Origin: a virus
Taxonomy: Duplodnaviria; Caudoviricetes
IMG/VR virus record: IMGVR_UViG_3300005445_000001
Coordinates: 1 to 64,000 of that record
DNA: 64,000 bases
Reading direction: 5' to 3' (one strand)
The notes beneath the pieces were generated by a model. The model was not told where the DNA came from, ran no database searches, and worked only from the letters and a program-made list of their open reading frames with translations. This document shows, one piece after another, positions 17,366 to 27,097 of the stretch. The first letter of the stretch is position 1; every line of letters begins with the position of its first letter. Position numbers and translations under genes: made by a program.

Positions 17366-17952
17366 GCTCAACGGTCAAACTCGAAAAAGCTCTCGCGCTG
17401 TGCAACGCCGCTGGGATGCCGTACCGACGATCGAAGCCAGAGGATTGGGGACAGCTAGGCAGTGTGTACAACCATCGAATGGCTCTCTCCCACTCTTGGA
17501 ATGGGCACGAGCTGATCATTTCGACCAAAGAGGATTCAACGTGTCCTAGAGATGGTGACGACATTCTCCACGAGCTTTGCCACTGGCTCGTATCTCGTCG
17601 GAGACGTCAACCCGAGTTTGGCCTCGGATCAGCGCCGTACGCTGACGTCCATCGACACTACGATCAAAGAGACGACAGCACCAAAGCTCAACGCGAAGAG
17701 GTTGCTGTGTGCGTCCTACAGCTCTACTTTCTACGCTTCATGCATCTGCCTTGGAGGCCACAAGCCGATGATTTTTCGCTCGGTCCTTACTACGTGAGCT
17801 CCAAAAACTCGCCCAAGCCGTGGGACAAATTCATCAACGATCGATTTGAGTATCCAATAGCTGACACCGAATCTCTTTGGAGCTCTAACCAGCGACTCGA
17901 GAGACGCGGTCTGATCAAGGTCGCCCGCAAGCTTGTGAAGGCTGTAGCGTGA
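17362..17952 (+). CDS. HExxH metal-binding protein (EpmC-like or metallopeptidase-like)
   Basis: ILHELCHWLVSRRRRQPEFGL...EEV. Confidence 0.5.
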   Translation: MSSTVKLEKALALCNAAGMPYRRSKPEDWGQLGSVYNHRMALSHSWNGHELIISTKEDSTCPRDGDDILHELCHWLVSRRRRQPEFGLGSAPYADVHRHYDQRDDSTKAQREEVAVCVLQLYFLRFMHLPWRPQADDFSLGPYYVSSKNSPKPWDKFINDRFEYPIADTESLWSSNQRLERRGLIKVARKLVKAVA

Positions 17953-18086
17953 CCGAGGTTCGCTGCAAGGTCTGCCATGAACGCGTGTTCGTCGATGATC
18001 GAGGCCGCGTGTTGATGCACACCCACAAGAGTTTTGTGAAGCCTCTTGTCTGTCCGGGCAGCACACCGGGCGCGAGACCAAAGTAG

Positions 18087-18506
18087 ATGCTGATCCGATT
18101 CATCACTTACGGTCTGATCGGTTGGGCGCTCGAGATCGTGTTCACGGGGATTCAGCAACCCTACGAGAGCAATCGGATCAACGATTGGCGACTCGAGGGG
18201 AAGACGCAGCTGTGGACGTTCCCGATCTGGGGCTCGCTCGTGTTCCTCTACGAGCCACTACATCGATTTCTCGCGCCGGTCGCTTGGCCGATCCGTGGAC
18301 TCGTCTACGCAGAATGCTTCATGCTCGTGGAGCTCATTGCAGGGCTCGTGATCAAGTACGTGATCGGCCGAATCCCTTGGGACTACAGCAAAGCGACGCC
18401 GCTACACGTCGCCGGAGCAGTCCGCTTAGACTACCTTCCGCTGTGGTTCGCCGCGGGCATGCTCCTTGAGCCAGTTCACGATTTCCTAGTGTCTGTGGTA
18501 CCCTAG
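18087..18506 (+). CDS. Multi-pass membrane protein, PF06541-like
   Basis: RFITYGLIGWALEIVFTG, WTFPIWG, IPWDYS, VRLDYLPLWF. Confidence 0.75.
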   Translation: MLIRFITYGLIGWALEIVFTGIQQPYESNRINDWRLEGKTQLWTFPIWGSLVFLYEPLHRFLAPVAWPIRGLVYAECFMLVELIAGLVIKYVIGRIPWDYSKATPLHVAGAVRLDYLPLWFAAGMLLEPVHDFLVSVVP

Positions 18507-18511
18507 CTGGG

Positions 18512-19429
18512 ATGCTGATGGCACGTCTACACGGTCTTGGAACGGCCATATCGATCTTCCCAACCGGGGCCAACAGCCAGTTTCCAATCACTACGCTCCC
18601 TACCGGTGGAGGTGGTGGCGCTGGTTGGACGACAACGACACCGACGCAAAACGTGACGAGCTGGCAGTTGCCGCCGCAGTGCCCGACCGGTCAGGTGTGG
18701 GATCCGGCGAGCTCGAAGTGCGTGCAGTCTCAACCGTGCCTCCAGACGCGCGCATGCCCGACTGGTTCGACGTGGGACTGCAACAAGATGGATTGCGTAG
18801 ACACGCGGATGTGTCCGTTGTGTCCGGCCGGGATGACGATGGGTCCGCCGCCCGGACCGTGCTGTGTGCCGATGCCGGCGTGCTCGTCATGCGACGGTGG
18901 CATGATGGTCTGCGGCAACAATCCGCAGCCCGGACAAACGTGCTCGTGCAAGGTGAATGGTTGGCAGATGCAGTGCATCGTTCCACCGCCTGATACGAGC
19001 AGCGGAGGTGGTGGCGGCGGCGGAGGGGGATGCTTTCAGACGCACGCGTGCACAGGCGGCACGCATTGGGACTGCGCGATCGGGGACTGTGTTGCCGACG
19101 TTATCGTGTCTCCTCCACCCCCACCCCCAACTGATGGTGGCGGCGGCGGCGGAGGAGGTGGCGGCTTCGTTCTCGACCCTAACGGCTTCACCTGCCTATC
19201 GACGAGTCTACTCTCCAACGGCTTGTGCCCAGGCTCCTCGAGCTCGCAGCCGACCGACAGTGGTGGAGGAACGTTGCCGCCCGCTGGGCCCGGCGTGGTC
19301 GTGACCTCCGCGCCTCCTGTTCCTGTGATTGCTGATGCCGGATTCAAATGGCCGTGGTGGGCTCCGTATGCTGGGCTCGCCGCTGCCGCCGGTATCGTCT
19401 TGGGATTCGTCCTGCACGCACGAAAGTAG
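18512..19429 (+). CDS. Cys/Gly/Pro-rich C-terminally anchored putative virion protein
   Basis: N-terminal LHGLG; repeated CPxG..W..C modules; Gly/Pro linkers; C-terminal TM then HARK. Confidence 0.75.
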   Translation: MLMARLHGLGTAISIFPTGANSQFPITTLPTGGGGGAGWTTTTPTQNVTSWQLPPQCPTGQVWDPASSKCVQSQPCLQTRACPTGSTWDCNKMDCVDTRMCPLCPAGMTMGPPPGPCCVPMPACSSCDGGMMVCGNNPQPGQTCSCKVNGWQMQCIVPPPDTSSGGGGGGGGGCFQTHACTGGTHWDCAIGDCVADVIVSPPPPPPTDGGGGGGGGGGFVLDPNGFTCLSTSLLSNGLCPGSSSSQPTDSGGGTLPPAGPGVVVTSAPPVPVIADAGFKWPWWAPYAGLAAAAGIVLGFVLHARK

Positions 19430-19435
19430 GTCTTC

Positions 19436-19801
19436 ATGCTGTTCGCTACCTCTACAGGTCTGGATCCAACCATCATCGATCCGCACGCGTTCGATCCCGA
19501 TGCGTGGGGAGCTCAATCGCCGTACGACACGCAGCCAGCGGTCGCGTCGGAGTGGGGAACCAACATCGATCAGTCTGGACTGCTCACGCCGGGCGGCGTT
19601 CCGATGATCGATCCCGTGCCCAAGCCGCCGACGCCGATCGTCGGTCCGCCGCCCGCGGGCCCCGCAGCGGTTCCGGTGCCACCACCGATGCCGATGCCGA
19701 TGGTCGCGATCAGCACCGGAATGCCGTGGTGGTTGCCGATCGGTGGGCTTGCAGCCGTCGCGGGCGTCGTGGGGTTGCTCGTGTGGCGGTCACACCGGTG
19801 A
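19436..19801 (+). CDS. Pro-rich C-terminally anchored membrane protein
   Basis: PWWLPIGGLAAVAGVVGLLVWRSHR tail. Confidence 0.75.
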   Translation: MLFATSTGLDPTIIDPHAFDPDAWGAQSPYDTQPAVASEWGTNIDQSGLLTPGGVPMIDPVPKPPTPIVGPPPAGPAAVPVPPPMPMPMVAISTGMPWWLPIGGLAAVAGVVGLLVWRSHR

Positions 19802-20064
19802 GCGGCGAGCGCACCTACGTGGCTCCGCAGCCACCATCGCCGGGGCGCATCGTGCTCTACTTTTTTCGTGGACCAGATCAGACGGTCCGCAACCGTCCGG
19901 CGATCGTCACCTCGATCGTCGATGTTGACATGATCAACCTTCACGTCTTCTTCGAGCCCGGTGATCAGGTCAACGATCCTTACGCGATGAGCGTCTCAGC
20001 TCACGCCGAAGGCCCTAATGGGCCTTTCCATGCGCACACGTGGTCGTGGCCACCAAGGGTGTGA
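19798..20064 (+). CDS. Conserved phage-type small beta protein
   Basis: PSPGRIVLY..PAIVT..INLHVF..WSWPPRV; GTGA overlap. Confidence 0.6.
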   Translation: MSGERTYVAPQPPSPGRIVLYFFRGPDQTVRNRPAIVTSIVDVDMINLHVFFEPGDQVNDPYAMSVSAHAEGPNGPFHAHTWSWPPRV

Positions 20065-20067
20065 GAG

Positions 20068-20634
20068 TTGGCCAAGTCGTTCGCATCCGATTCAGTCACC
20101 ATCGGATCGCCCAAAATCGTTCACGGCTCAGATCTTCCTATCCTTGGGGCAGGAATCTCAGCACCGATCGGATCACTCTATATCTGCGATGCGGATGGAA
20201 CACATTGGGCCAAGGCCAAGGGCGGAAACAATATTTGGTCTCCACTCGGCGCAACAGCAGACGCAAACAACGGAGACACTGTCACGTTGGTAGCCGGAAC
20301 GCCCGTAGTGAGCGTAGCTGGTATGTTTCGACGCGCCGACGCATCGTCATCTAGCCTATCAACGGTGACCGGTCTAGTCATTTCAGATGCTGACCCAACG
20401 TTGCCAATGCAGATTATGCCAACAGGATCTCTTGAGCTCCTCCCCGAACAATGGGACGTAGTCACTGGAGATACTGGAGGACTGATCCCGAGCGCTGATT
20501 ACTACTTGGACGCAATTCTCGGAAGGATCACCACAACACCGCAGACCTTGCCAGGCCGATCGGTGGTGAACATTGGCCACGCTGTTTACCCAGAGTTGAT
20601 GATCATCGCCATCTCACGGCCGATTCTGCTTTAG
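20068..20634 (+). CDS. Putative spike/cement protein
   Basis: Shares QWD-V-G-TGGL...YYLD...G motif and C-terminal ILL with 20663-21139. Confidence 0.65.
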   Translation: MAKSFASDSVTIGSPKIVHGSDLPILGAGISAPIGSLYICDADGTHWAKAKGGNNIWSPLGATADANNGDTVTLVAGTPVVSVAGMFRRADASSSSLSTVTGLVISDADPTLPMQIMPTGSLELLPEQWDVVTGDTGGLIPSADYYLDAILGRITTTPQTLPGRSVVNIGHAVYPELMIIAISRPILL

Positions 20635-20662
20635 CAGAAGCTTCGGGTGTACACTTTAGGAC

Positions 20663-21139
20663 ATGGCCGTACGCAAACCTCTCGTCATCGTCAACGGACA
20701 AATCCAGCAACTCCAGTCCGGTGACACGATCTCCGATCAGGACACGGAGTTCAACCAGGTAAACGATGAGGCGACCTCGATTGTTTGCGGTACCGTCGTC
20801 TACAACGATGCCGCAGGTGGCGTGAAGAAGGCCCAAGCGAACGCGGCAGCGACCGCAAAGCCGGTCGGTCTTGTCGCTCAAGTCCCGAGCATCGCGAACG
20901 GCGTCGCCGGCGCCATCTCCGAGCAAGGCATCTTGACGCTCACCACAGCGCAGTGGGATGCGGTTGCCGGCACGACCGGCGGGCTCGCGTTCAACACGAA
21001 GTACTACCTCGATCCGGCTACTGCTGGAAAGCTGACCTCGGTGGCACCGACGACCGTTGGTCAGTACGTCGTCGAGCTCGGCCAGGCTCTATCGACGACC
21101 GATTTCAAGATCAACATCCAGACGTCGGTTCTCCTCTAA
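20663..21139 (+). CDS. Putative spike/cement protein
   Basis: Paralog of upstream gene; TTAGG RBS. Confidence 0.7.
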   Translation: MAVRKPLVIVNGQIQQLQSGDTISDQDTEFNQVNDEATSIVCGTVVYNDAAGGVKKAQANAAATAKPVGLVAQVPSIANGVAGAISEQGILTLTTAQWDAVAGTTGGLAFNTKYYLDPATAGKLTSVAPTTVGQYVVELGQALSTTDFKINIQTSVLL

Positions 21140-21354
21140 TGGCAACCCGGCTTCCTATCGTCGTCGCAACAGGTCAGCTCGAACAGCGACAAGCTGGTGA
21201 CAGCATCGACTGCGGAGTCGCGGTCGGATCGTACGCGCCCGGTAGCTTCACGCTCGCGGACGGCCAGTACGCACGCATGGTCAAGGAGCTTCGGCTCGTC
21301 GGCGCCGATCGTGCGACGCTTGCGGGCGACTCGCGCCTCGTGATCGAGGATTGA
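21139..21354 (+). CDS. Small structural protein
   Basis: TAATG overlap; N-terminus MATRLPIVVATGQLEQRQAGDSI parallels MAVRKPLVIVNGQIQQLQSGDTI. Confidence 0.65.
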   Translation: MATRLPIVVATGQLEQRQAGDSIDCGVAVGSYAPGSFTLADGQYARMVKELRLVGADRATLAGDSRLVIED

Positions 21355-21355
21355 C

Positions 21356-21991
21356 ATGGCCGACATTCTCCTCGACAACCAAACCGTCCCGACGGCGCCG
21401 GCTGCGGGCAAGGCGATCTTGTTCGTCGAGACGGGCGGCAAGCGTTTCAGCGTCAAGAATGATGCTGGCGCGATCGCCACGCTCGGTGGCGCGATCCGCA
21501 ACTGGAACACCGCAGACGTCGTCGCTAACGCGGCCGACACGTACATTACTGGCTCGAATCTTGTTGTACCAACCGGAGAGACCCTGCAAGTTGGAACGGT
21601 CTTCCGTTGGAAGATGTGGATGACGAAGACCGCAGCGGGTGTTGCTACGCCAACGTGGATCGTCCGCATCGGAACGCTCGGCACCATAGCAGACGCGGCG
21701 ATCTTGACGTTCACGGGACCTGTTCAAACCGCAGCTATCGACGCGGGGTTTGTCGAGATCATGGCTGTCCTGCGCAACGTGGGTGCTGCAGGCATTCTCG
21801 CTGGTGGACTAGCACTCACGCACAACTTGGGGACCACAGGGTTTGCAAACAGCAACACCCCAACGTTGCAGGTGACCTCATCAGGGTTTGTTACGACGAC
21901 GGCCGGTCTCATTGTCGGCCTCTCCGTGAATCCCGGTGCTGCAGGCGTCTGGACTCATCAGGTTGTGTCAGCCGAGATGCTAAATATGTAG
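21356..21991 (+). CDS. Putative fibre/receptor-binding protein
   Basis: Thr/Ala/Gly-rich beta composition; PTAPAAGKAILFV N-terminus; closes structural cluster. Confidence 0.55.
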   Translation: MADILLDNQTVPTAPAAGKAILFVETGGKRFSVKNDAGAIATLGGAIRNWNTADVVANAADTYITGSNLVVPTGETLQVGTVFRWKMWMTKTAAGVATPTWIVRIGTLGTIADAAILTFTGPVQTAAIDAGFVEIMAVLRNVGAAGILAGGLALTHNLGTTGFANSNTPTLQVTSSGFVTTTAGLIVGLSVNPGAAGVWTHQVVSAEMLNM

Positions 21992-22454
21992 CTACGAGAA
22001 AAGTCTCCTCAGGGCTTGATACGATGGCTAGGTGACGGACGGTAACGAGATCTGGATCTTTCACTTCGGCCAAATGATCTTCGTCGTCGGGAACGAGCGG
22101 ATCGGAATCGGCCTCCAAGTAGCAGCGAAACAAGGCGACACCTCACCCGAGGTTCTCCATCGCCGACGTCTAGCGCGTGCCTCTTACTACCGACGTTGGC
22201 GAGCTCAGAACCAAAAGAGGGCTGCGTGAGACAGTGATGGGCCCCGTATTCGAACCGATGTTCTTTGTCGAACTGTACTGTTGTGGTCGAGACGACGGCT
22301 ACTTTGGTCCAGTAACATGGAGCGAGGCTGACTCGTTTCGCGAGGACTATTGCACAGGTCCCGGTGTTGGTCCCAGCGGTCACGATCGAGTCGGAATCAT
22401 CATCGCGGATACAACAGGATCGATCTGGCCCGTGCCGATCTGGAGGTACAAGCG

Positions 22455-22727
22455 ATGAGGTACTTGATCCTCATCGCGATCACCGCATGTCATCAAGCCA
22501 AGACGACCGAAGTGTTGTCGGTCGCGATCACCGCGTGGCCCGCACCACTCAAGCCGAGCTGTGATCTTCCACCTGTGCCGAGTCCATATCTGATCGTCGG
22601 CTTTCCCGTCGAACAGAAGATCTACGTCACCGCGTCCGACCTTCTAGGCCTCGTGGACTATCAAGCCAAGCTCAACGCCTGGGCACAGGACGTTGCGATC
22701 TGCCTAGCCAAATTCACGCAACCATGA
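22455..22727 (+). CDS. Lipoprotein, possibly o-spanin-like
   Basis: MRYLILIAITAC; Pro-rich PAPLKPSCDLPPVP; second Cys near end. Confidence 0.5.
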   Translation: MRYLILIAITACHQAKTTEVLSVAITAWPAPLKPSCDLPPVPSPYLIVGFPVEQKIYVTASDLLGLVDYQAKLNAWAQDVAICLAKFTQP

Positions 22728-22894
22728 AGCGATTGATCTTCGTCTTGCTCGCTGCGTGTACTCGATGGGTGCCTGTGGTCGTTCCTCCACCACCCACAAC
22801 CTACGAAGTAGTTCGCGTCATCGAGATCGACCTGATTGAAGGTGAAGATCTGATCGAGGCGTTCCGCGAGGTATTCTTTCTATGCTTGGTCTGA
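22724..22894 (+). CDS. Small lipoprotein (56 aa, not in ORF track)
   Basis: MKRLIFVLLAAC lipobox; ATGA overlap. Confidence 0.55.
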   Translation: MKRLIFVLLAACTRWVPVVVPPPPTTYEVVRVIEIDLIEGEDLIEAFREVFFLCLV

Positions 22895-23085
22895 TCTACT
22901 ACTTCGTCGCCGTTTGCTTCGTGCCGATCGTTCTCGAGGTCATGCATCGGCACGATCGCAAGCAATGGCAAGGTGTGCTCGAACGCGAACGCATCATGCG
23001 CTACCAGCTCCAACAGGACTACGCGGATCTGTGGAAGGCCGCGCGGCGGCGCGCCGAGCCCAACCATAACTTCGAGCTCAACTGA
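22882..23085 (+). CDS. Small N-terminally anchored protein
   Basis: Hydrophobic N-terminus then charged helix. Confidence 0.5.
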   Translation: MLGLIYYFVAVCFVPIVLEVMHRHDRKQWQGVLERERIMRYQLQQDYADLWKAARRRAEPNHNFELN

Positions 23086-23104
23086 CCGTGGTAGAATCGT
23101 TCGC

Positions 23105-23797
23105 ATGAACGCGCGAGGCGAGCGAATCCTGATATTCGGAGATTCTCTCAGCCATCCAGGCCCAGATAACGGCCCAGAAGCATTCGAGATTACCCAAGAC
23201 TCGAACCGTGTGAGCTCGGCGCCCGGCGATCTACTTGGTTCGCTCCTACTCGAGCAAGGAGCCGAGGCTGTGAGGCTCGACGCGCGCGTAGGACGCTCAG
23301 CATGGAACTTTTGGGGCCGAGAGTCAGCGAATGACCTCATCGCAGCTGACGCTGCCTGGGGGCCTACCAAGGTCGTGGTGATGCTCGGGACGAACGACAT
23401 CGGGCTCCAAGGCGACGGCGAGCGGCAAGCGATGCAAGCGATCAAAGACGCCTACGAGGCGATGGGCGCCGAAGTGTGGGCGATCGGGCCGTTCACGTAC
23501 ACCGGTCAAGGCGGACACCTCAACCCGGGCGCCGAAGACGTCGCCTCGATGATGAGCGACGTGTTCGGTTCACGGTTCATCGACGGCCGACCACTCTCGG
23601 TGAACGTGGATCGCGCTCGTGATGGCATCCACTTTCAGCCAACCTCCGCGATGCAGACGGCGTACAACCTCGCCGACGCGCTCATCTCGAGCTCGTCGAG
23701 GCCGCTCTGGCAGACCGTCTTGATCGGCGGCGCATTGATCGGTCTGCTCATCGCGGGCGGAACGTGGTGGAAGAAACATCGAGCTCTCCGCGCTTGA
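23105..23797 (+). CDS. SGNH/GDSL hydrolase with C-terminal membrane anchor
   Basis: IFGDSL, VGRS, MLGTND, DGIH; C-terminal TM then WWKKHR. Confidence 0.85.
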   Translation: MNARGERILIFGDSLSHPGPDNGPEAFEITQDSNRVSSAPGDLLGSLLLEQGAEAVRLDARVGRSAWNFWGRESANDLIAADAAWGPTKVVVMLGTNDIGLQGDGERQAMQAIKDAYEAMGAEVWAIGPFTYTGQGGHLNPGAEDVASMMSDVFGSRFIDGRPLSVNVDRARDGIHFQPTSAMQTAYNLADALISSSSRPLWQTVLIGGALIGLLIAGGTWWKKHRALRA

Positions 23798-23812
23798 TCG
23801 TATGATCGCTAG

Positions 23813-24409
23813 GTGATCAGCTACTTCGATTTCGGCGCGCATCGAGGCATCAAGGCAGCAGAGTACGCGAAGCTTGTGGAGATGTCCGAGGCGTTCCTCT
23901 ACGAGCCTAACCCAGCGATCAAGACGGCCAAGATCCCAGGCGTGCCGACGGAGATTCATCAAGCCGCAGCTTGGGACTCCTACGGCCGTGAGCTGCTCTA
24001 CGTAGGTCAAACCGACGACGCGACTGGTAGCTCACTGCTCAAGGAAAAGACGACCGGCGATCTCGACAAGAAGCATCCGATCATAGTTGCGACGTTCAAC
24101 GCCGCCCAGATGCTCCTGAGCGCGTCGATGTGGGCCAAGGATCCAATCGAGATCAAGATGAACATCGAGGGAGCCGAGTATCGAGTGTTTCGACGAATGC
24201 GTGAGCTCAAGGTGCTTGAGAACGTCCAGATCAAGGCGATCCACCTCTCGCTTCACTCCCACAAGCTCGACATGAGCAATGACGATGCATGGGACGCCGA
24301 TCTGAAGATCGTGAATTACCTCGTCGAGAACGGATTCAAGCTCGAAGGTCGTACGGACACCCAACCATCAAGCCCATTCGGTCAGGGCTTCACGACGTGG
24401 CGACGCTAG
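23813..24409 (+). CDS. FkbM-family methyltransferase
   Basis: FDFGAHRG, YEPNP, AAW, IKMNIEGAEY. Confidence 0.85.
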   Translation: MISYFDFGAHRGIKAAEYAKLVEMSEAFLYEPNPAIKTAKIPGVPTEIHQAAAWDSYGRELLYVGQTDDATGSSLLKEKTTGDLDKKHPIIVATFNAAQMLLSASMWAKDPIEIKMNIEGAEYRVFRRMRELKVLENVQIKAIHLSLHSHKLDMSNDDAWDADLKIVNYLVENGFKLEGRTDTQPSSPFGQGFTTWRR

Positions 24410-24633
24410 CAGATCGTCGTGCCTGGGATCGGCGTGTACCAGTCACTGCAGAAGCTATCAGGCTGACAGGGAATCGACTTGGTCCCATAGAAGAGCGCGT
24501 AGTTAGGTTCATGACAGATGCCGAACGGAGCGTGGTTAGCTTCGTAGTAGATGCAGTTGGAGCAGTTGGCTCCACCCTGGGCGACCGGCATCGCGGGATG
24601 ATGATGCTGCGGCAGATGAAAGCGGCGCTTCAT
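24406..24633 (-). CDS. Cys-rich small protein (HiPIP-like motif)
   Basis: CSNCIYY...GIC...FCSDW. Confidence 0.5.
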   Translation of the reverse strand: MKRRFHLPQHHHPAMPVAQGGANCSNCIYYEANHAPFGICHEPNYALFYGTKSIPCQPDSFCSDWYTPIPGTTIC

Positions 24634-24830
24634 CGCGGGGTCAAGATTGATTGCACGCGCGTTCCGACCTTGCAGCGACCACGCTTCCAGTGACCTCTAC
24701 CAGCTGGGCAGCAAATCACCGCACGCTTCCCCTTGCCGAGCTTGATATTTCTGAACGAACCGCGGGCACATTTCTTGGGCGAAAATTGCCTCGAGCGGAT
24801 CCAGTTAGCTGTAACGTCTCGAAGGGGCAT
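24630..24830 (-). CDS. Small basic Cys-containing protein
   Basis: High Arg/Lys content; coupled ORF. Confidence 0.55.
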   Translation of the reverse strand: MPLRDVTANWIRSRQFSPKKCARGSFRNIKLGKGKRAVICCPAGRGHWKRGRCKVGTRVQSILTPR

Positions 24831-24832
24831 TG

Positions 24833-25441
24833 TTACCTCCGAAGCTTGCCGCGCTCTTTGGGCATGAATGCAAAGACGAGCGCACCGATCGCGACGAGCC
24901 CACCCATCAAGATCGCCGGGCCGAACGAGTCGGAAACGCCTTGCAGGTGAACACCTGCGGGCATCGGATACGCCATCTTGGTGTAGCCAAACTGTCGGCT
25001 AGCGAAGCTACCGCACGGCGGTAGACCACAAGCCGGATTCGAGCAGTCAGGCTCCGGGCACGTTCCCTTGATACGCGCCATCGGTCGTGAGGCGAGCTTG
25101 CGAAGGAACGACGCGAACGAGAACACAGGCAAGCCGAGCGTGCCGTGCATTCCCGTCTGAGTCATCTTGTGTGCCTCTTTCGGCGTGAGGCGACGTACGA
25201 CCTTTGTGCCGGCGCGTTCGGCCAAGCACGAGTTGTCGTAGATCCGACCGTCGACAGCGAGCACCGGCATGTAGTCGGCCGAGCACGCGGCACGTTCCTC
25301 GACGACGAAGACCTCAGGGCCGTAGCTCCAAGGTCCGGGGTATCCCCAACCTCCGCCCCAACCTCCGCCACCCCAATGACCGCCACCACCGTGGTGATGA
25401 CCGCCGCCACCGTGGCCCATGCATCCATTGCAGTACAGCAT
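24833..25441 (-). CDS. Gly/His-rich protein with Kazal-like domain and C-terminal anchor
   Basis: CSADYMPVLAVDGRIYDNSCLAERAG; AAGGAG RBS; TM then KERGKLRR. Confidence 0.7.
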   Translation of the reverse strand: MLYCNGCMGHGGGGHHHGGGGHWGGGGWGGGWGYPGPWSYGPEVFVVEERAACSADYMPVLAVDGRIYDNSCLAERAGTKVVRRLTPKEAHKMTQTGMHGTLGLPVFSFASFLRKLASRPMARIKGTCPEPDCSNPACGLPPCGSFASRQFGYTKMAYPMPAGVHLQGVSDSFGPAILMGGLVAIGALVFAFMPKERGKLRR

Positions 25442-25704
25442 CAGCGTCTCCTTCGTGGACGAGCGCGCATCGTGTAGACGTGATGCTTCCCGTATTTGTA
25501 GTGGCAAACCTCAGAAGTCGAGAAACGCGTCGACGCTACCAACGTAGGATCGTACTTGCCGCCGATCTTGGTGATCCTCGCACAGTGATCCACGCGAGGA
25601 AGCTTCCGACCTTGCCGCTTGAGCGCCCGCGACAACGCGAGGAGCTGTTTCCTCGACAGTCGATCGATCTTCCGTCCGTCGAAGAGCTTGATCGATCGGC
25701 TCAT
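25441..25704 (-). CDS. Arg-rich basic protein
   Basis: Ends RARPRRRR. Confidence 0.6.
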   Translation of the reverse strand: MSRSIKLFDGRKIDRLSRKQLLALSRALKRQGRKLPRVDHCARITKIGGKYDPTLVASTRFSTSEVCHYKYGKHHVYTMRARPRRRR

Positions 25705-25892
25705 CGATAGCCTGCGACTTTCTTCGCGTGCGCGATCTCTCGGCCTGCACGCTGGCAGTAGCCGTGCCGCGCAGAATCAGCGGCGAGCCGTAGAACGTGA
25801 TCGAAGAGCGGACGGAACCGCTTGAGCGGCTTGTGCGAGCGCTTCACCGCTGCGATCTTGGCGTCGATCGCTGAGAGGTTGCAGGCCTTCAT
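25701..25892 (-). CDS. Small basic protein
   Basis: GGAG RBS; ATGA overlap. Confidence 0.55.
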   Translation of the reverse strand: MKACNLSAIDAKIAAVKRSHKPLKRFRPLFDHVLRLAADSARHGYCQRAGREIAHAKKVAGYR

Positions 25893-26110
25893 CGGCGTCT
25901 CCTACGACGTCGACGCGAGCCAGAGAGTGCGCCGTAGCTGCGTCCACGGCGACGAGCTCGGCCGTCGCAGACTTCGATCGGCGTGATGCGCGAGCCACGA
26001 TAGCGACTCTGCAGCGCGCGCGCGGCGCTTCGGCTCGTGAGTTGACCGAGCCGCGTGGTCGCCACACCGGGAACCGAGAGCGTGACCTCGTATTCGGTCC
26101 GGCAAGACAC
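25889..26110 (-). CDS. Arg-rich protein ending ALSGSRRRRRRRR
   Basis: Poly-Arg tail after LSG. Confidence 0.6.
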   Translation of the reverse strand: MSCRTEYEVTLSVPGVATTRLGQLTSRSAARALQSRYRGSRITPIEVCDGRARRRGRSYGALSGSRRRRRRRR

Positions 26111-26113
26111 GGC

Positions 26114-26785
26114 TTACCGCCGCTTCTTCTTGCCGCCGAGCGCGCGACTCGCGAGGTAGACGCCGATCCCGAGCCCGCCGATCAGGAGGAGCGGGTTGCC
26201 GGTGATCGTGTCCATGATGCCGCCGAGGCCGGAACCGTGAAGGTTCGGGAACGACGGCAACGGCACGTTGCGCGCGACGGTCGTGGTGGGCCACGGAGCG
26301 CAGACCGCACCGGGCGGACACGACGTGAACCGATAGCCAGGCGGCGGCGGACGCGTCGGAAGCTGCGTCGTCAGCACTGGACCGATCGGATACTCGGCGA
26401 TCGGCACGCCGAGCTGAGCGCCGGAGAGGAACTTGGCGTGCATCGTCTGCTCCTGCAGGTGATGCAGCGTACTGCCCCAGGTCATCGGGTGGCCGAGCGC
26501 GCTAGAACGGATGATCGACTGCCCAGCGGCGGGTGGAGCGATCGTCGAGTGACGAGCCGTCTCGTAGCCTAGAACGTCACCCCATGTCGGAGGCGAGCTC
26601 TGGTCGTACGAGAACATGCTGCCGAGGCCGGAGAGGAACTTCGCCGGGGCGCTGATGACGGCGCCGAGCAAGCCCTTGACGCCGCCCGACGCTTGTCGCG
26701 CGTGGCGGCGCATCATCCAGCGGAATGGTGGGCGCGTCATGCCAATCTGAGGACCTGACAGATCCATGATGTAACTTAGTGACAT
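26114..26785 (-). CDS. C-terminally anchored putative virion protein
   Basis: FLSGLG, LHGSGLGG motifs; TM then GGKKKRR. Confidence 0.75.
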   Translation of the reverse strand: MSLSYIMDLSGPQIGMTRPPFRWMMRRHARQASGGVKGLLGAVISAPAKFLSGLGSMFSYDQSSPPTWGDVLGYETARHSTIAPPAAGQSIIRSSALGHPMTWGSTLHHLQEQTMHAKFLSGAQLGVPIAEYPIGPVLTTQLPTRPPPPGYRFTSCPPGAVCAPWPTTTVARNVPLPSFPNLHGSGLGGIMDTITGNPLLLIGGLGIGVYLASRALGGKKKRR

Positions 26786-26788
26786 GAC

Positions 26789-27097
26789 TCACCTTTTCCT
26801 TCGACGGTGACCGGACAAGCCGAGTTTGCGCTTGATCCCACCTCCGAATTTTTGCCACCCGAAGTAGCCGAGCGCCGTCGAACCGGCGAGCACTGCAAGC
26901 GTCATCATCCAACCCGGGATCGAGTCGGTGATGTCGCCGAGCGCGCCGGTGAGGCTCTTCGCCTGGGTCGGGACGACCTTCCAGTACCACGAGCCGTACG
27001 TGCCGGGGATCCCCGCGTACTGCACGCGCTCGACGCGGTTCGGATCGAACGGGTCGAAGAAGGGCTGTTGTTCGTAGGTTTTGATATACGTGCTCAC
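26789..27097 (-). CDS. Small membrane protein with basic tail
   Basis: GGAGG RBS before GTG 27097; LTGALGD; TM; LGLSGHRRRKR. Confidence 0.7.
   Translation of the reverse strand: MSTYIKTYEQQPFFDPFDPNRVERVQYAGIPGTYGSWYWKVVPTQAKSLTGALGDITDSIPGWMMTLAVLAGSTALGYFGWQKFGGGIKRKLGLSGHRRRKR

Noticed and set aside
19005-19165. GGC/GGT and CCN trinucleotide runs as DNA repeats
   Set aside because: Codons vary synonymously; they encode Gly/Pro linkers.
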